Assembly (NCBI GenBank): GCA_964016885.1
Contig: OZ024744.1
Coordinates: 126,914,001-126,978,000, forward strand
DNA length: 64,000 nt
Source: Eledone cirrhosa
Taxonomy: Eukaryota
Reading direction: 5' to 3'
Under the pieces are notes generated by a model. That model did no database searches. It saw only the letters and a list, made by a program, of their open reading frames with translations, and was not told the origin of the DNA. How positions within the stretch are numbered: position 1 is the first letter of the stretch; each line of letters begins with the position of its first letter. The position numbers and the translations under genes are program-made. Below, piece after piece: positions 50,586 through 64,000 of the stretch.

Positions 50586-50879
50586 TAGAGATTTAATTAG
50601 TTTTAGCAAATAATATTTGTTGCTTCGTATTTCTTGAAACATATCTTATAATTGACTGTGACTAACAACAATCAGTAAACTATACCATCACTACCCCCAA
50701 TGATACAAACCTGGACAGTGTGGGAGAATTCTCTCTGGCATGGAGAACATTAGATACCAGCTTACTTGTGGTCCCAGGAGAGGACAGAATGGTGAAAGGG
50801 GGTTACCCTGGAGGACAGCAAGTGAGATGTGTTGAAATAGCTTTTAAAACCTGTGGGGCTTTCTCCTGTGTGTGGACAA

Positions 50880-51317
50880 CTCCCCCCTGATAAGAGTTAG
50901 TAGGGAGCTGGTATAGGGACCAAGTCTGACAATTGTCTCCACCACTATAGTTTAACAAGACACTCCTGTGTGTGGCTAACTCCACCCTGATAACAGTTAG
51001 TAGGGAGCTGGTATAGGGACCAAGTCTGACAATTGTCTCCACCACTATAGTTTAACAAGACACTCCTGTGGGTGGCTAACTCCACCCTGATAACAGTTAG
51101 TAGGGAGGTGGTATAGGGACCAAGTCAGACAATTGTCTCCACCACTATAGTTTAACAAGACACTCCTGTGGGTGGTTAACTCCACCCTGATAGTAGGGAG
51201 GTGGTATAGGTACCAAGTCTGACAATTGTCTCCACCACTATAGTTTAACAAGACACTCCTGTGGGTGGCTAACTCCACCCTGATAACAGTTAGTAGGGAG
51301 GTGGTATAGGGACCAAG
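50880..51317. repeat. 100-bp tandem repeat, ~4.3 copies
   Basis: tccaccctga at 50981, 51081, 51181. Confidence 0.9.
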
Positions 51318-51546
51318 AACGCCAGAAATCTCCATTACTACAAGTTCAACAACAAACAACTAATACTTCAACAGTTTGTGATATTTTGTGACTAAGTTTT
51401 CATTTTTCTTATTACTTTAGGGAAACAATGATACCACCAAAGTTAATGGCCCTATAACCAGGATATTGTCAAATTTCTAAATTTCAGTTGTAAAATATAC
51501 GAAGAGTGATAGAATTTCAATGATTTTAAACAATATTGAAGTGTTT

Positions 51547-52555
51547 GTGTTAGATGTATTAAAACTACTTACAAGATGATATCATTACATATGGTGTTAA
51601 TAACAGAGATTTAGATAGGTGTTAGATGTATTAAAACTACTTACAAGGTGATATTATTATATATGGTGTTAATAACAGAGATTTAGATGGGTGTTAGATG
51701 TATTAAAACTACTTACAAGATGATATCATTACATATGGTGTTAATAACAGAGATTTAGATAGGTGTTAGATGTATTAAAACTACTTACAAGATGATATCA
51801 TTATATATAGTGTTAATAACAGAGATTTAGATGGGTGTTAGATGTATTAAAACTACTTACAAGATGATATCATTACATATGGTGTTAATAACAGAGATTT
51901 AGATGGTTGTTAGATGTATTAAAACTACTTACAAGATGATATCATTACATATGGTGTTAATAGCAGAGATTTAGATGGTTGTTAGATGTATTAAAACTAC
52001 TTACAAGATGGTATCATTACATATAGTATTAATAACAGAGATTGAGATGGGTGTTAGATGTATTAAAACGACTGACAAGATGGTATCATTACATATGGTG
52101 TTAATAACAGAGATTTAGATGGGTGTTAGATGTATTAAAACTACTTACAAGATGGTATCATTACATATAGTGTTAATAACAGAGATTTAGATGGGTGTTA
52201 GATGTATTAAAACTACTTACAAGATGGTATCATTACATATGGTGTTAATAACAGAGATTTAGATGGATGTTAGATGTATTAAAACTACTTACAAGATGGT
52301 ATCATTACATATGGTGTTAATAACAGACATTTAGATGGATGTTAGATGTATTAAAACTATTTACAAGATGGTATCATTACATATGGTGTTAATAACAGAG
52401 ATTTAGATGGATGTTAGATGTATTAAAACTACTTACAAGATGATATCATTACATGTGGTGTTAATAACAAAGATTTTGATGGGTGTTATATGTATTAAAA
52501 CTACTTACAAGATTATATCATTACATATGGTGTTAATAACAGAGATTTAGATGGC
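51547..52555. repeat. 72-bp AT-rich minisatellite, 14 copies
   Basis: Unit gtgttagatgtattaaaactacttacaagatgatatcattacatatggtgttaataacagagatttagatgg. Confidence 0.95.
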
Positions 52556-52759
52556 AAAATAACAAAAAATTGAAGATACAGACTTGATAAATTCCTTAAA
52601 TATAATTCTTTTATTATATTCAAATAGAATGAAATTTAGGACATAAATACTATGTACAAAATTAATTATGAAAAATTAATAAATTGTTTACAAAACAATG
52701 AAATCAATAAAAAAAGGGAGTCAGAAAGAAAAAGGAAAACAGGTAAAACTACTCCTTCA

Positions 52760-53050
52760 ATTACTATAACAGAGAATGTTTGTGTTACCCTCTAAAATTT
52801 CTGAGACTAGAAACTCACAGCATTACCTCAGATGATAGAGGGCCCTCCAATTACACACTACAACAGGGAATGTTGGTGTAGGGCTCTAAATTTCATCATA
52901 GCAGAGAAGACATTACCTTATGTAATAGAGGGTCCCTTAATGACACACTACAACGGGGAATGTTGGTGTAGGCCACTAAGATTTAACATAGCAGACAAGA
53001 AATTACCTTATGTAATAATTACACACACTATAGCAGGGAATGTTGGTGTT
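52760..53050. repeat. Diverged ~90-bp tandem repeat, ~3 copies
   Basis: cacactac/taacagggaatgttggtgt recurs at ~52855, 52945 and 53025. Confidence 0.75.
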
Positions 53051-53249
53051 GACAAACCAATGCTGAAATTTCTGGCATAGATTTAAAATTAATTCAAAAC
53101 GTCAAGAATAGATCAGAGAAAGATTTTAATTTCGAATGAAAATAGAATTGTAAAAATGGCCAGCAATGTTTGGAGTCTATCAAACTGCCAAGTATTCACA
53201 TTTGATATTGGTGGAAAATAAGTTTAGATTTGTAAGAGGAAGGATGTCT

Positions 53250-64000
<10,751 letters not shown>

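Overview
AT-rich, repeat-dense eukaryotic DNA, very probably an octopus (coleoid cephalopod) C2H2 zinc-finger gene cluster. This is inferred from the tandem '[10 protein letters not shown]...HTGDKP' arrays and the SINE/RTE families present. Left 36 kb: three paralogous poly-C2H2 genes in duplicated units. ZNF1 (5610-8222, -) has 31 fingers and starts from a secondary ATG. ZNF2 (18641-20488, -) is disrupted at its 5' end. ZNF3 (24532-26394, +) has an intact ORF of 21 finger units. Segments ~13985-21040 and ~23970-36310 are inverted homologues. Right part: three degraded fingers of a second family (YHCEICGK), Penelope-type hammerhead-ribozyme motifs, a Helitron fragment, several minisatellites, and a >10.5 kb 16-bp G-rich satellite with higher-order repeats that begins inside a zinc-finger helix. 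Also present: RTE-clade LINEs (the main family carries a PHD-type finger inside the RT region), tRNA-derived SINEs, and maT (DD37D), pogo-like and Helitron elements. Coordinates were read by eye; edges of degraded repeats are approximate.
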